From Klebsormidium nitens (Eukaryota; Plantae; Klebsormidiophyceae), in contig DF237140.1 of the NCBI GenBank assembly GCA_000708835.1, forward strand, positions 1 through 64,000: a stretch of 64,000 nt of DNA. The letters run 5' to 3'. Both the position numbers and the translations under genes were made by a program. Shown here in pieces: positions 27,663-40,200 of the stretch (the first letter of the stretch is position 1; each line of letters starts with the position of its first letter). The notes under the pieces were generated by a model. That model was not told the origin of the DNA and did no database searches. It saw nothing but the letters and a program-made list of their open reading frames with translations.

Positions 27663-29411
27663 ATGGGGACGTGTTTACTGTGTAGGATCAGCAGGCAGGG
27701 CAGAGGATGGACTGTAACTAGGAGTCCTGCTGGGAGCTGGGGTGGTGGTAGTCACGGAAATGCAACCCCCAGTAGAGCCCTCGCTGGCGCTTTTGCCAGC
27801 TTTGAGGGAAGCGAGCCAACTAATGGATTTCTGTCCTCTCCTAGGAGCATTGCACCTGGACTGTACAGGAGTAGCAGTAACTTTAAACAGGTTGAGCCTT
27901 CTGATTGGCTAGATAGGACACATTTATTAAGAGAGATATCAGGCTTGTCTGTTTCGCACTTCAAGGGTCACAAAGAAAGTTCATCTGTCATGGTGCGTGC
28001 TTTTGCGAAGGAAGCTGCACGACCTTCTCTGGATGATGTGGAGCGCCTGTCAAAGGGGAAACCCAGCAAGTCGAAGATGGGCTCCAGAGCGGTGCCGCAC
28101 AGGCTGACTCTGGCGGAGCGGAAAGTAAGCCACCATGTTTCAAAATCAGACTCTGCTGCTATAAGCCCCTCTGTAGCCCTGGGATCATACCACCTTTCAG
28201 GGTCAAGCTGAGGTCAATACATGCACAGAATCAGGTGTTTGCCCAAGTAATTTGCAAGACAAGGTGGTAAGGAAGTGATGTCTACAAGAATGCTTCAAGA
28301 AGTGTCTATAGGAATTGTTTCCAAGGGGAGCAGTTGTTTCAAAGGAAGGCGGTTGTTTCGAAGGAGGGGGGGTAAGCTGAACTTTCACACCACCCTGTAT
28401 CACGGCTTTATGCACACAGGTGTAAGAAAGTTTTTCCTGGTTCAGTGGGGTTAAATCTGGCTGCGGTGGATTCTTTCTTCAGTGGTGGAGCGGCCATGTG
28501 CTTGAATGCAAAATTGTGTCCCCACCACAGTAATCTCTCCCAGTGTGTGTACGCTTTTCTGCAAAGGCAGGATATTGTGGATTTCAAAGTTTTGACTATC
28601 CGGTGGATCTGTTCTTTAAGGCTTACCACCTACATCTGGTAGAACTAGACATGATCTTCGCGTTCCGCAGGCTTACGAGATTTCGAAAAAGAAGGGATTC
28701 CTTGTCATGCGCACAAACTCTCGAAGCTACCCTCTTGCAAACACCTGGCGAAATTACTGCGAGGCGTCAGGCACTCCATACATCAAGATTGAGCAGGTAA
28801 GTTGATACAGTCCCTTCATTAACACGTTTCCCCTTTCATAGTTTCAGGCTTTTGAATTCATTGCTGACCTCTGCCAGCTTGTTACGTTTCACCCTGGCAT
28901 CAGGGGCTTGCTTATATCTGCCCTCTCCTTCCTTGGTAGGATTGTACCAGAATTAGCAAGACGGAAACAGCCAGTGGTATTGCAGGGAGGAGCGCAATCG
29001 CATGATCGTCCCTGGAATCAACAAAAGGTTTGCAGCCAAACTCTTTGACTTCATCATTTGCAGGGATCAGTGGCGCAGAGTGATACGTTCTACGTCGACT
29101 TCTCCCCCATGCAAGAAGACCCCAGCAGGCTTGAAGCACTCCGCGAGGCATGTTTGACAGAGGCTGCAAGAATCATAAAAACCTCAGAAGGAGGAGTTGC
29201 TTCGGACAGTGAGAGTGACGCCTCAGCTTCAGATTCCGAACAAGAGTCCGAGGGGCTAAAAGCGTTAAGCGATGCCAATCTTGAGACTCTAGAAGCGAAC
29301 GAGTATGACCAAGTGTCAGAAGGGGGTTATGCTTTTCGGTTGGTCTGTGGTAGACAAGAAACGAAAGCGATTGCCAAGGCCGTACTTGAACTTGCGGCGA
29401 AGAAGAGTTGA
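27663..29411 (+). CDS. Conserved hypothetical protein (likely organelle-targeted), 3 exons
   Basis: Exons 27663-28124, 28671-28796, 29064-29411, all phase 0. The segment LDDVERLSKGKPSKSKMGSRAVPHRLTLAERKAYEISKKKGFL..PLANTWRNYCEA..DTFYVDFSP resembles uncharacterised algal proteins (recalled). N-terminus is Ser/Arg-rich. Confidence 0.72.
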
Positions 29412-29630
29412 AGTCGCAAGTGTCGGGAACCTCTGTATGATTGGTGGAGAGCGATGTTGAACACTTCTCTGTAAGTTCGTCGTATCCCTTGTGTTTTCGT
29501 TGTGAATGAATGTGGTAAGACGTGCAAGTTCTTGGCGTTGTCTTCACCCAATTCGACTTTCTTTGCATGTCCGATTGAGAAACTGTGTGGCCCACATGCT
29601 TCGTGGGGAAGCCCCCAACTTGGCTCGTTT

Positions 29631-30014
29631 TCATCTGTGCTGCCGCAGCTTGGCTGGCTGAATGTATCTGGCACCACTGCAAGGTTCCGGAAACATATCA
29701 TGTTAGTTCGTTGGTTCGGCGGCTAAAAACATGGCCTTGGAGAAGTGAAGGTCTACATACTAACCCTCGTCGCGTCTCAAGCGAAGTTTCGACGTTCAAT
29801 GGTTTTACTCGATATCTTCCATTTGCGGTTTGATGCAGGCGAAGTTCAATCCCATGACCGCATGCGCTTTTTGACACGTCAACATAGCTTAGCTGTCTCC
29901 ACCACCTCGTTCTGATGATTGCAGAAATACATCTAAAAAACGTACGAATAATTCGATGTAGACTGTCTAAGTACGGATACCTTCGGCCCTCCTCCTTAAT
30001 TGAGGCCCGCACTT
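29631..30014 (-). CDS. Possible 3' exons of a small unidentified gene
   Basis: Three phase-compatible GT-AG-bounded segments 30014-29981, 29911-29765, 29676-29631 give EVRASIKEEGRRTRWWRQLSYVDVSKSACGHGIELRLHQTANGRYRVKPLNVETSLETRRGGARYIQPAKLRQHR*. No family recognised; 5' exons not resolved. Confidence 0.3.
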
Positions 30015-31215
30015 CTGCAGTCTTTTGGAACTGCTAGGCAGTGTACGTCTGCAAAATCGACTACAAGGTAACCTGTAAGCTTCGTTTGACTATTCGGCTA
30101 AAGTTCTAGACTGTCATTTTTGGATGTACATGTTACTTGTACTCACAGTATGCAATGCTGAGGTTATACGGTTCATTTGACATACCGGTACCTCTATTGC
30201 AACGTGACAAGAATTGTCGATCGTAGCCTCGAAAGTCACGAACTTCGACTGTATCTTGGTCGATTTGGTCAGCTTAGTCCCAGCTCTGCCTTTTGAGTGC
30301 ATATCAAACTTGAAGAGCTCATAGAAACATGGAAATCAGCTCCACACGAACTTCGAAATCTTGAACGAAGTTTGTTTGGACGAGGCTCACATGTCATTGA
30401 GTCTTTCAAAGTGGAGACCGATGATTCGGCTGCAAGTTGCAACTCTTGAATCATATAGCATGTTAGACAGCCACCAACTCTGTTCACATCCCTGTCTGTT
30501 ACGCGGCACTGCACCAGTATGGCAACACTAGCCACGCTGAATTTAGGAGACCACGTCTTCAAGCCACTTTGACTATGCCAGAAGCCTGTTTGCAAGGTTG
30601 CTCGTGCGGAGTTGTCTGTGCTTTGCCGCTTCGCAGAGGAGAAGCTGCTGGTTACAAAGCCGGTGTCTCTTGAAGGTCCAGATCGTAAAATTCATCTGGA
30701 CCCGAAAAAGGCACTGCAAGTCTTTTAGGGTGGAAACCCGTCATTTGCTTTTCTGACAATCTCGTGCAGGTATGCTGACGGGTGTCAAGCATACCAGGAC
30801 CCGTTGAAATTGCAATGCAGTACCTCAAGTTTTTCCTTCTCTGATGGAGTGCGCATGGCAACCTTTCTAAAAGTTTTTGGAGAACCTGTATGCTGCAGGA
30901 AGCAGAAGCGTCTGGCCGTCTAAGATGCTGACGGATTGTTGATTCCTTTCAAAATCTGTGCCAGTTTAAGGACCTTGGTTGGACTACACAAGTGGAGATC
31001 TCCAGCTAGACTAACGGCCTTTCAGACCATGCTGTCTTCCCTCCTCTTCTTCGACATTTTCTCTTCCGCTGTATGAGCTGAGTTTCGTGTTCTGACCGTG
31101 AAACTAGATCTCGCGCGCTGATCAATCAATGTTTGAGTTTCTTTCCTCGCTAAAACCCCCGAATCTGCGTACTTCAAAGGTGAGGAACAGATTAAGCAAG
31201 CTGCCCGCTCCAACC

Positions 31216-34200
31216 ATGGCAAGGTTGGCAGTCCTTTTGCAACCGCGAGCAGGCTTCCACATCGCCTGCGTTGCTGCAATCCTGCTCTGTATGACCAGTC
31301 TGAGAGGATCGGAAGCGCAGCGGCCAGCCAGAGGTTCACAGGTGAGTGCCACGTGTTCGCTTTTAGGACACGTGCCTTGATCGGACAGTCTCTGAGAGTC
31401 TACCCTCAGCTGGTGATGCTTCAAGTTGATCGCTATCTACTGGATCACTATCTACTGGCAGTTTCTGGTCAGAAACCAATCCACTCTACACCGTAGGGAC
31501 TTGTCGAAGGAATCACCGATCAAGCACGCACCATCAGAAGCAATTGGTCTTCCAACCCTCGGGACGCGAGACACCCTTCTCAGAAACACTTGTCAGATAG
31601 CAGAATTTATATATTAAGTCCTTGCTTTGCTCGTTTCTTGAGCTTAAGCTCGTTCAGATCAGAGTCCAACGAGTCGGTGACCCCCACAAGCGGGCCAGTC
31701 CGACCGGACTCTGAGTAGTAGTCTGAAAGCTGCAAGCCTTCGAACGGCTCGTTGACCAAATCCGCGCTTCTCCCGAGCACCCCACCCGGTCTCCATTCAG
31801 ATTGCCTTTCTCTCTTACCGTCTTCTCGTTGGCCCCGCAGTTCGATCCTCGGGGCGTGACGCACGTGCCCATTGGCGTTTTCGACACTGTCGACACTCTC
31901 AAGACGTTTGTGGAAGCGGAGGGGGGCTTCTCCCCCGGCTTCGCCTCTTATGGCGTCTCCGTGTGGGCGTATCTTCCAGGAGGTGAGACACAAGCCCTCG
32001 GATACTTAGTCCAGGTCTGGCAGTCGGATCCCAGACAGACTCTGTGCGCGTAGAGATCTCGCAGAAAAGTTCGAGTTCGAGTTCGGTCCCATGAAAGCGC
32101 GAGTAGGTTGATCGGGAGACTGAACTTGAAATGCGATGTCGAGTGAGGGCTGACCGTTGTCAAACTCATTTGAGACTTCATAAAATATTTTCAAATCAAT
32201 CTCAATTTGTCTCCGTTTGTACAAGTCTCAAGGTTTTCAGGGTGTGTCGTGGCGCTCGTTATCAGGGTCAGATTAATCCAGCATGTGTCTGCCTTCGACT
32301 TTCCATGCCCTGCCCTTGATCTTCTCCTTCTCTTTCTGATTTACAGTCTACCTACGCTGTCAGATCCAATTACGCCTTGGGACGACGGTATTGGACGATA
32401 TAGTTCGCTACTGGACAATATAAGTATGCTGTTGGACAATCTAAGAACGTTTTGGACGGAACTTCAGGAGGCCTCGTCGCTCCCACCATGGACAAGGTCA
32501 AGGTGGACTACGGGCTTGACACCACCGGCTGCCTTCTACCCTGGTCCCAGTGGAGCGCTGGCTCTGGTGTCAACATTCGGACGACCGTTGCACAAGTGGA
32601 ACAAGTCTACTCCTCGGGAAAGACGGGGTGGGTCCCACGCACCGATTTGCCGGCAAAACCTCGGCATGACTGTTCCGAAGAATGCCGCTAGAGGTGTTCA
32701 GTCAAGTCGCACATATGCTCGTTTCTGAGTCATAAGCTGATGGCACAGATTGGGCCGCCAACGGCTGCATTTGGACCTGTGACTGCCCCAGATTTCGCGC
32801 GAACTGGGGCCAAACTTACACTAGGCACCCGAGTCTGCAACAAGCTCAGCTGTTGCATGTGCTCTTCGGAAACGACTATCTTGTACGAGTCGAAGCGCGT
32901 TGCAGAAAGGCTGAAAACTGTGGTTTTCGCGAAGATTCAATAATCTTAGATCCGAGGTGCAGTAAAGAACGGCGGGTGATCAGAAAAGCTTCCCTATTTA
33001 CCCATGCATTGTTCGACCTGCTCGTTTCTTCTTCAATAGACACGGCTGCATCGATATCGTTCGTGCGGATGAAGCTGCAGCGATCTCGCTCAAACGCCGC
33101 GCTGCCTTCTCTTCCAGGTACGTTGTCGGGCTTCAAGTAAACGTCACAAACGCCGGCAACGCTTCCGTCTCCCCGTCCATCTTCGTGGCCCTGCGACCAA
33201 TCGGGCCGGCCGGTGGGCCCGTGACGCAGATTGACGTCAGCGGAAACGGCTCAGGTAGGCCAGAGCGAGCTTCCTGGATTTGACCTGGTCACACCTCGGA
33301 GCACAGGCCGTAGGACGGTTCCGGTTAAGAACTGAAGACAGTTAAGTTTGCGCTCGGGTTGCAGCTCGAGACTTCGTAGACCCCTGCAAACCCTTCGGTT
33401 GACAGCCCGGGGTTTGAGGGTTTCTTCGAATCGCGGACGCTCGTGTGACACAAAACCAGTCTCAAGATGACTAGAAACTTTTGCTGCTTATCCAAAGCAT
33501 CAAACCCTGTGATTTTGCCATCTGCTTCGTCCAAAAGTCCAGAATGTAGACACCCAGAAAAAGCTGCCACGTCTCCCCAGCCCTCCTCGTGAACGGCCAC
33601 GTGGCACTCCTCGCCTCGGGCCCCAACCTCCCGTCCGCGGCCGGGGTCACCGCCCAAGACGACCTGGACACATTTGCCGCGACCGGGGGAGTGCCTACCG
33701 GGCAGTCTGCCGCTGCACCGGGGGGCACCGGTGCCGGGGCTCTGGGATTCAAGCTCACGCTACCGGTCAGTCTTCCAACCGCCTGTTGTTTCCAAGTCCA
33801 AGGCTCAATACGTTTCGTGAGCTGCGGGGTTGTTGTGGTTTCCGATGAGAAGCACAATTTCATGTTTTGCGGCTTTGTTTCGCCATCGACAAGTTTTGCG
33901 AGACCAAGGGAGTGCCTACCGGGCAGTCTGCCGCTGCCCCCGAGGGAACCGGTGCGAGAGTCCTGTTGTTCAAGCTTACGCTGCCGGTCAGTCTCACAAG
34001 CGCCTCCTAGTATTGTCTGGTCCAAGCCTGAGCACTTCTCGAGCTGCGGGGTGTTGTGGGTCGATTGCAATCTAGATCTTCATTTGATTTGTGTTTAAGA
34101 ATGACACGATTGCTGCGACCGGGGGGGTGCCTACCGGGCAGTCTGCTGCTGCACCGTGGGCTTTCCGGTGATGGGTTCTGCTATTAAACCTCACGCTACC

Positions 34201-37200
34201 GGTCTGTCTTCCAACAGACCGGTTTTGTGAGTTTGGTGTCTGGTTGATCCTCGGCCGAGGACTGCGTGTTTCTGAGATGGTGGGCTGATATTTGATGTTG
34301 GCGAGGACGATTCTCTGAACAGATGTTTGTCCTGTGCCTTACAAATATGTATGGTCGAGCGTGTATTCTAGGAATGCTCGATCTAAACGATCCTGATCCC
34401 TCTGTCTACTCTACTGTCCAGTCCGGCGCATCGGATTTTATAGACGTCTTCGCCCCTGTTCTTGCCGGACGCTATGCCGTCGGACACAACTGGACGGCCA
34501 TTTTGGAAGCTGCGGACAATCGTGACTGATCTGAACGGTCTCCACCCCAAGCATAGCAAGTGGTAACTCTTCTCTGCTTTTCAGGCGGGTGCATCTCAAT
34601 CCATTGACATCCTTCCCCCTGTTTTGGCCGACGCTACGCCGACGGACACAACTTGACGGCCATTCAGAAAGCCTGCGGACAATCGTGACTGATCTAAACT
34701 TCTTTTCAAGCACGAGAACTGGTGATTTTCCTCTGCTTTCCAGGCGGGTTCATCTCAATCTATTGACGTCCTCGCCCCCGTCCTAGCCGGCAAGTATGCC
34801 GTCGGCCACAATTGGACGGCCATTTTGGACCCGCGCGGCTACTACTGGAACGACACCGCAGTCCTGGGCTCGCCCTCGGACGGGTTACTGCAAATCGACG
34901 TGGGTTTGGCTGACCTCGCGGGCGTGACCGTCGGCGACATCTTCGCGCGCGCGCGCGCGGATTGTGCGGCGCTCCTGTCCGGATCGTCTTTGATCGCGGC
35001 TGCGGACGTCCGGTGAGCGGTTTCTGAATGAATTTCTGACTTTCGTGACGTTTGTATCAAGTAAGAATTGAATTCAAGAGCTGATTGTCATGTTTGAGCC
35101 GCGCTCTCGACTTCAGCGCGCAGATTCCCCTGCGCGCTCCGAAAAGACTCATGATTCCGAGCGGTTCAGAGACGAGCTCTTCGGAATCAGAGAGTACAAG
35201 TCCCATCTTACCTTTTGCAGGTATGGTAAGGCGTACACGGCCATGATCAACCACGCCGCTCTGCTCTTCAACAAAGGAACGCCGGACGTCACCGTCATCA
35301 ACTACAACAGTGAGGGCCGTTTCACACCACCTTCAGGAGCGCGAGGGGACGCAGTTAGCCAAGGAGATACTTACGAATGATGTACTGAAGGCATGCGTCG
35401 TCGGAACTCCGACTCCCCGTATGAAGCAGTTGACAGGAGGCGGACTTTGAGCCGTCGAAAGAAGCCGGTGCAATCTTCTGCGCCGTTGGGTAGGAGGCGG
35501 CTTGCAAGTGCAAATGCCCACTTCTTTCCTGAAAAGATGATTCACGAAGGAACTTTTTCCGCTGCATAACATCAATCCTTTGGTCCTCAACAGCAGGTGT
35601 CAAAAGTCATAAGGACTGCTTTCAAGGCATCGTTTTGCGGGATTTCGAACCTGAGCCACCAAACCCCTGAACGCAAACCACACTTTGTGCAGTGACGTGA
35701 TCAAAGCCCACTTGCTCGTGCGGCATACAACCGTGACGTCATGTATGTCGTCAGCATTCTCCAGTGCGTCAGCGGGATTGCGGGTGCAGACGTCGTTATA
35801 CATCTGACACAGACTTTCCGAAAATGCCAGAGGTCATTGATAAACGTTATTCATGCAGCGTACAACCGTGACGGCATGTATGTCGTCAGCATGCTCCAGC
35901 GCGTCGGCCAGGAGGCGGTCGCGGCCGCGGCCCTCGCGACCTTTTTCCAGCATCCATTCAGGTGGGCACCCCAAAATGTGCCGGTTTGAGACGGGTGACT
36001 TTGGAGAACTAAGACTTCCATCTTATCGACCAGCATTGGGGATCGTTCGTTGACCGCTTTGCGATTTGTTAGCCTTTACTTGTGGATGCAGCAGAGTGAA
36101 GCAACCAGGTCAAGTGAAAGCTCGAGCAAGCGGAAAGTCTCTGGATCCTGAGCGTAAATTATATGCTGGACGGGTGTGCAACTTTTAATGATTCCTGAGC
36201 AGCGTTCAGATTCTCGCGGCCAACACACTTCGTTACAATCTCCTTTAGCAGTACCGTAGTCACGTCGCCAGCTTAAAGACCTACCTGATAGTCAAAGTTT
36301 TCACCTTCTTAAGAAGCCAAGGGGATTGCTCCGTCTCTGCCTGAACCGCAGTAAGTAGAGGGAGGCACGCGCAGCTGCGCATCACCCAAGACCGGACGAA
36401 AAAGCAAATTGGGTCAGAAAATCCGGGCAGCAATGTCACGACCGAGTAAGAGTGGTGGAAATTGAATTGCTAAAAGTAGGGCCGAGAGAAGGAGAGGAAG
36501 AATGACAGTAAACGTATACGTCATATCACGACTGATGTGGCTGATATTTTATTTGCGCAGTGGACGGGTGTATCCCGAGGCCGACAACCCGGGGGAGCTG
36601 CTCTACCTGGCCGGGGAGCAGTGGCTCCTCTTCCGGAACGCCACGTGGCTGCAGGAGGTACGATCTCTCGCTCTGACAGATTTTCACGACTAAGACCGGA
36701 GGTTTGCAAAGGCTTCAGCGATTACGGAGCCCCATGACTGAAGTTCCAAGATCCCAAGTGCGTTGGGTTATCCCTTTCTCGATTGGGACCCAGAAACTAA
36801 GTGCCAGCCTTCGGAAGCCTCAGCCTCTGTGGCAATCAAACACTGCACATGAGACCTACCCCATGGTATGGCGGAACTTGTTCGAAGTGCAGGCACCCAC
36901 AAAGTTTTGTCTTGTCATGCTCAGGCATTACCATATTCTGAGTACTGAAGACTAGCGAGCCGCGTCCAACTATTCATTGAAGTTTTGTGAAGCCCGCTTT
37001 TTGCCTTCCGCAGGCATACCCCAGCATCAAGGCGCTGGCCAACCTCATAGCCTATGTGCGGGGAGGTCAGGGGACGCATCCCGTATGCATGAACACGCTG
37101 GCGTTTGGCGCCGCTTGCCCGGCGTCAGACTCGCAACCGCTGCGCTACGGAACAGTTGACGGCTATCACCCGGAGTTTTCAGATGGTAAGGTTTCGGAAG

Positions 37201-40200
37201 AGGATGAGATTTGAGGCCCTCAGTCGCAAACTGCTTAATCTTTTGCTTTTCCTTCCTATTTGTAGATTTCTGTAAGGAGCGATCCACTGGTCAAACTTTC
37301 ACGAGAGATGAGGACTGCAAAAGGAGACGATTGTGGGAACAAAGACAGGCGCCGACTTCTGGATCTTCTCCATTCAGGTCTCCTGTGCTTCATGCCTGCA
37401 GTTTCAGAAGTTGCACTCCGTTTTTGATCAGTGCATTGGTTACGCGCGCGGTCTTCTGCGATCATACGGCTTCCTTCTCTGTGTCACGCTCAGCCCTTTC
37501 CAGCTTTCAAACCACTTGAGATTGATGAACTTGACCCCCTTCTATTCTCCCGCGCAGCCTTGGACGTTGCGGGACTCCGCGCGGCCGCGCTCCTCGCGAC
37601 TGCCGCCAGCGTCTCCGCGGACGCCCAACAATTAGCGCTTCGCCTTTTGTTTCGATCCACAAGCTTTTCAGAGCTTCGACACTGAACTTAGCCCCTTCTT
37701 CTGCCCCGCTCAGACTTCGACGTGGCGGGCCTGCGGCTTCGCTCTCCATTTGCATTTCCAAGCTTCCAAACGCTTCAAGATTATTCTTAGCCCCTGTCTT
37801 TTCCCCGGTGCAGCCTTCGACGTGGGGGGCCTGCGCGCGGCCGCGCTCCTCGCAACTGCCGCCAGCGTTCCTGCCGACGCCCAACAGTTCGTTTCGCTCT
37901 TCGTTCGCAGCTCGAAGCTTTCGAATGCTTTCAGTATCGAATCCAAAACCCTTTTTTTACCCCGTGCAACCTTCGACGTGGGGGCCTGCGCGCGGCCGCG
38001 CTTCTGGCCACCGCGGCCACCGTCCCCGCAGACGCCCAAGAGATTTATTCGCTGTCCATTCGCTGATTCGAGCTTTCGAACGCACACAGGATCGAACTCA
38101 AAAGCACTTCTATTGCCCCGTGCAGCTTTCGACGTGGCGGGCCTCCGCGCGGCCGCTCTCCTCGCGACCGCCGCCAGCGTCCACGCAGACGCCCAACACT
38201 TTGCTTCGCTCTCTGTTCGCATTTACGAGCTTTCGAACACTTCCAGGATCGAACTCAAACCCCTTTCTTTTCTCGTTGTAGCCTTCAACCTGGCGGTTCT
38301 GCGCGCTTCGCTCTCCATTAAGTCCGCATTTCAAGCTTCCAAATGCTTCGGAATCGATATCAGCCCCTTTTCCCTCTACAGTCTTCCACGTCGTGGGCCT
38401 GCGAGCGGCCGCGCTCCTCGCAACTGCGGCCGGCGTCCCCGCAGACGCTCGAAATTGTGCTTCGTGAACCATTCGCTTCAAGCTTTCAAACAGCTCATTA
38501 CGTTCTCGGCCCCTATTTTTTCCCCCGCACAGTCATCGACGTGGTGGGCATGCACGCGGCCGCGCTCCTTGCGGCCGCAGCCGCCGTTCCCGCAGGTGCC
38601 CAAAACTTTTTTCCGCTATCCACTCGCTGTCTCGAGCTTTCAAGCATTTCGCATTTGAACTTACCCCCTGCCTCCTTTCACGTGCAGCCTTCGACGTGGC
38701 GGGCCTGCGCGCGGCCGCGCTCCTCGCAACTGCGGCCGCCGTCCCCGCAGACGCCCAAGAGTTCGCTTCGCTCTCCGACACGCTCTACACCAAGTATCTC
38801 AACAGCAACTATACCTTCAGCCCGAAGTTCAGCTACTTCTACTACTGCACGCTTTGGCCTGCGCGTCTCTACCCTCTGAACAGCGGCCCGGTTAGCGCCG
38901 GATTCCGAAACGTGGGGCCCCAGATGCCTGACACGTGGCTGTACTTCCCGCTGGCGACCGCGCACCAGGGACTCCTGGCGGGGAGTCGCCAACTGGGCCA
39001 CCAGACTATTGATTCGTTCTTGGCTTATCCCAAGATGACGGTGAGCTTCGCTTAATGTTTGTGGGCTGTTATTGTTCCGCAGATGTCGACGTTGCTTGCA
39101 TGTTCTGGCCGTCGATGCAATGTCCGTGTTTCTTAACAGCACGCCGTCGGAAGAGTGTGAGGCCCGGCACTTGCACTAAGGTGAAGCTGAAAGAAAAGCT
39201 TTTGAACGGACGAATCCCGGCGCCTTCCAAGTAAGAGGAGGACTCTCTCGCTTGAAACATTCGGCGCGCCAGACGTGGAAGGTCAACTGGGCTACTTTAG
39301 GATAGAGACAAAGATCATCCTCTTTTCTGGAAAACGGTTCAGCGATGTGCTTTGACGTTCTGGAGAAGTGGGCGCTCACTTGTGACGAGGCGCTCGAGAG
39401 GCAAGCTGGGCTTGGCTGAAATGGTGAACCTGAGACTACAAAGGAATAATTAACTAAGTCGGAATCAGTCCGGAAATTCGCTTCCCCAGGGTTATTTCAT
39501 GCATAACGGAGTTCGCGCGAGCGGTCAGGGCCGGATTGAGCAGTGCAATATTCGCGAGGGGCCTGTGGAACCATTCGACTCCGACGAGGCCAGGTCTCGT
39601 TTAACGGTAACCCATTCATGTAGAGCTGTGTTTCTTTAAGCTAATGCCAAACCAGCGACCAGGACGAGTACGCCCGAGTGGGTCAACTCAATCCAGCCCA
39701 GAATGGATCGAGTAAGCAACCGCCCCCGTCGGGGGCCGCAAGCAACCGGGGCAAATGGGCCTACGCGCGTTTATCATAACTTGTTTCTAGAAAAAAAACC
39801 GCTTACTCAGGACAAACTAGAAAAGCAATAAAATAAGTTACTCGTTTGTCACAGGGTTGGTTCACCCCCGACGAGGGCGGCGCGAGCGACGCGGGCAAGT
39901 GGGCCCAAGTGGGTTATCACAACTGGAACCCCAAAACCGCGTCGCCTCACGGGTGGTCCTTGGCCGAATTCTGGCACCTGCTGCGCGAGTCGTTTCTCTT
40001 CGAAGACGGCGACTCGCTGGTGGTGTTCGGCGGGGTTAACGGGACATGGCTAACCCAGTTCACCGAGATCAAGCTCGTGGTACGTTACCAAGACCTTTCT
40101 TTTGGTCCCTGTCCTGCCCTTATACAGGTGCGAAAAGCTGGATCGATCAGACAGCTGCTACGAGGTTTCATATCTCGACTCCATGCACCTTGGCTCGTAA

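Noticed and set aside
37750-38658. 302-aa ORF and overlapping antisense ORFs
   Set aside because: These are read-through of the intronic acceptor-echo array, not a separate gene.
37530-38770. Regularly spaced repeats as a possible CRISPR array
   Set aside because: Eukaryotic intron; units are about 156 bp, derived from an exon edge, with related rather than unique spacers and no cas genes.
39041-39854. Compositionally odd intron segment, possibly an insertion
   Set aside because: No TIR, TSD or coding signature could be identified.
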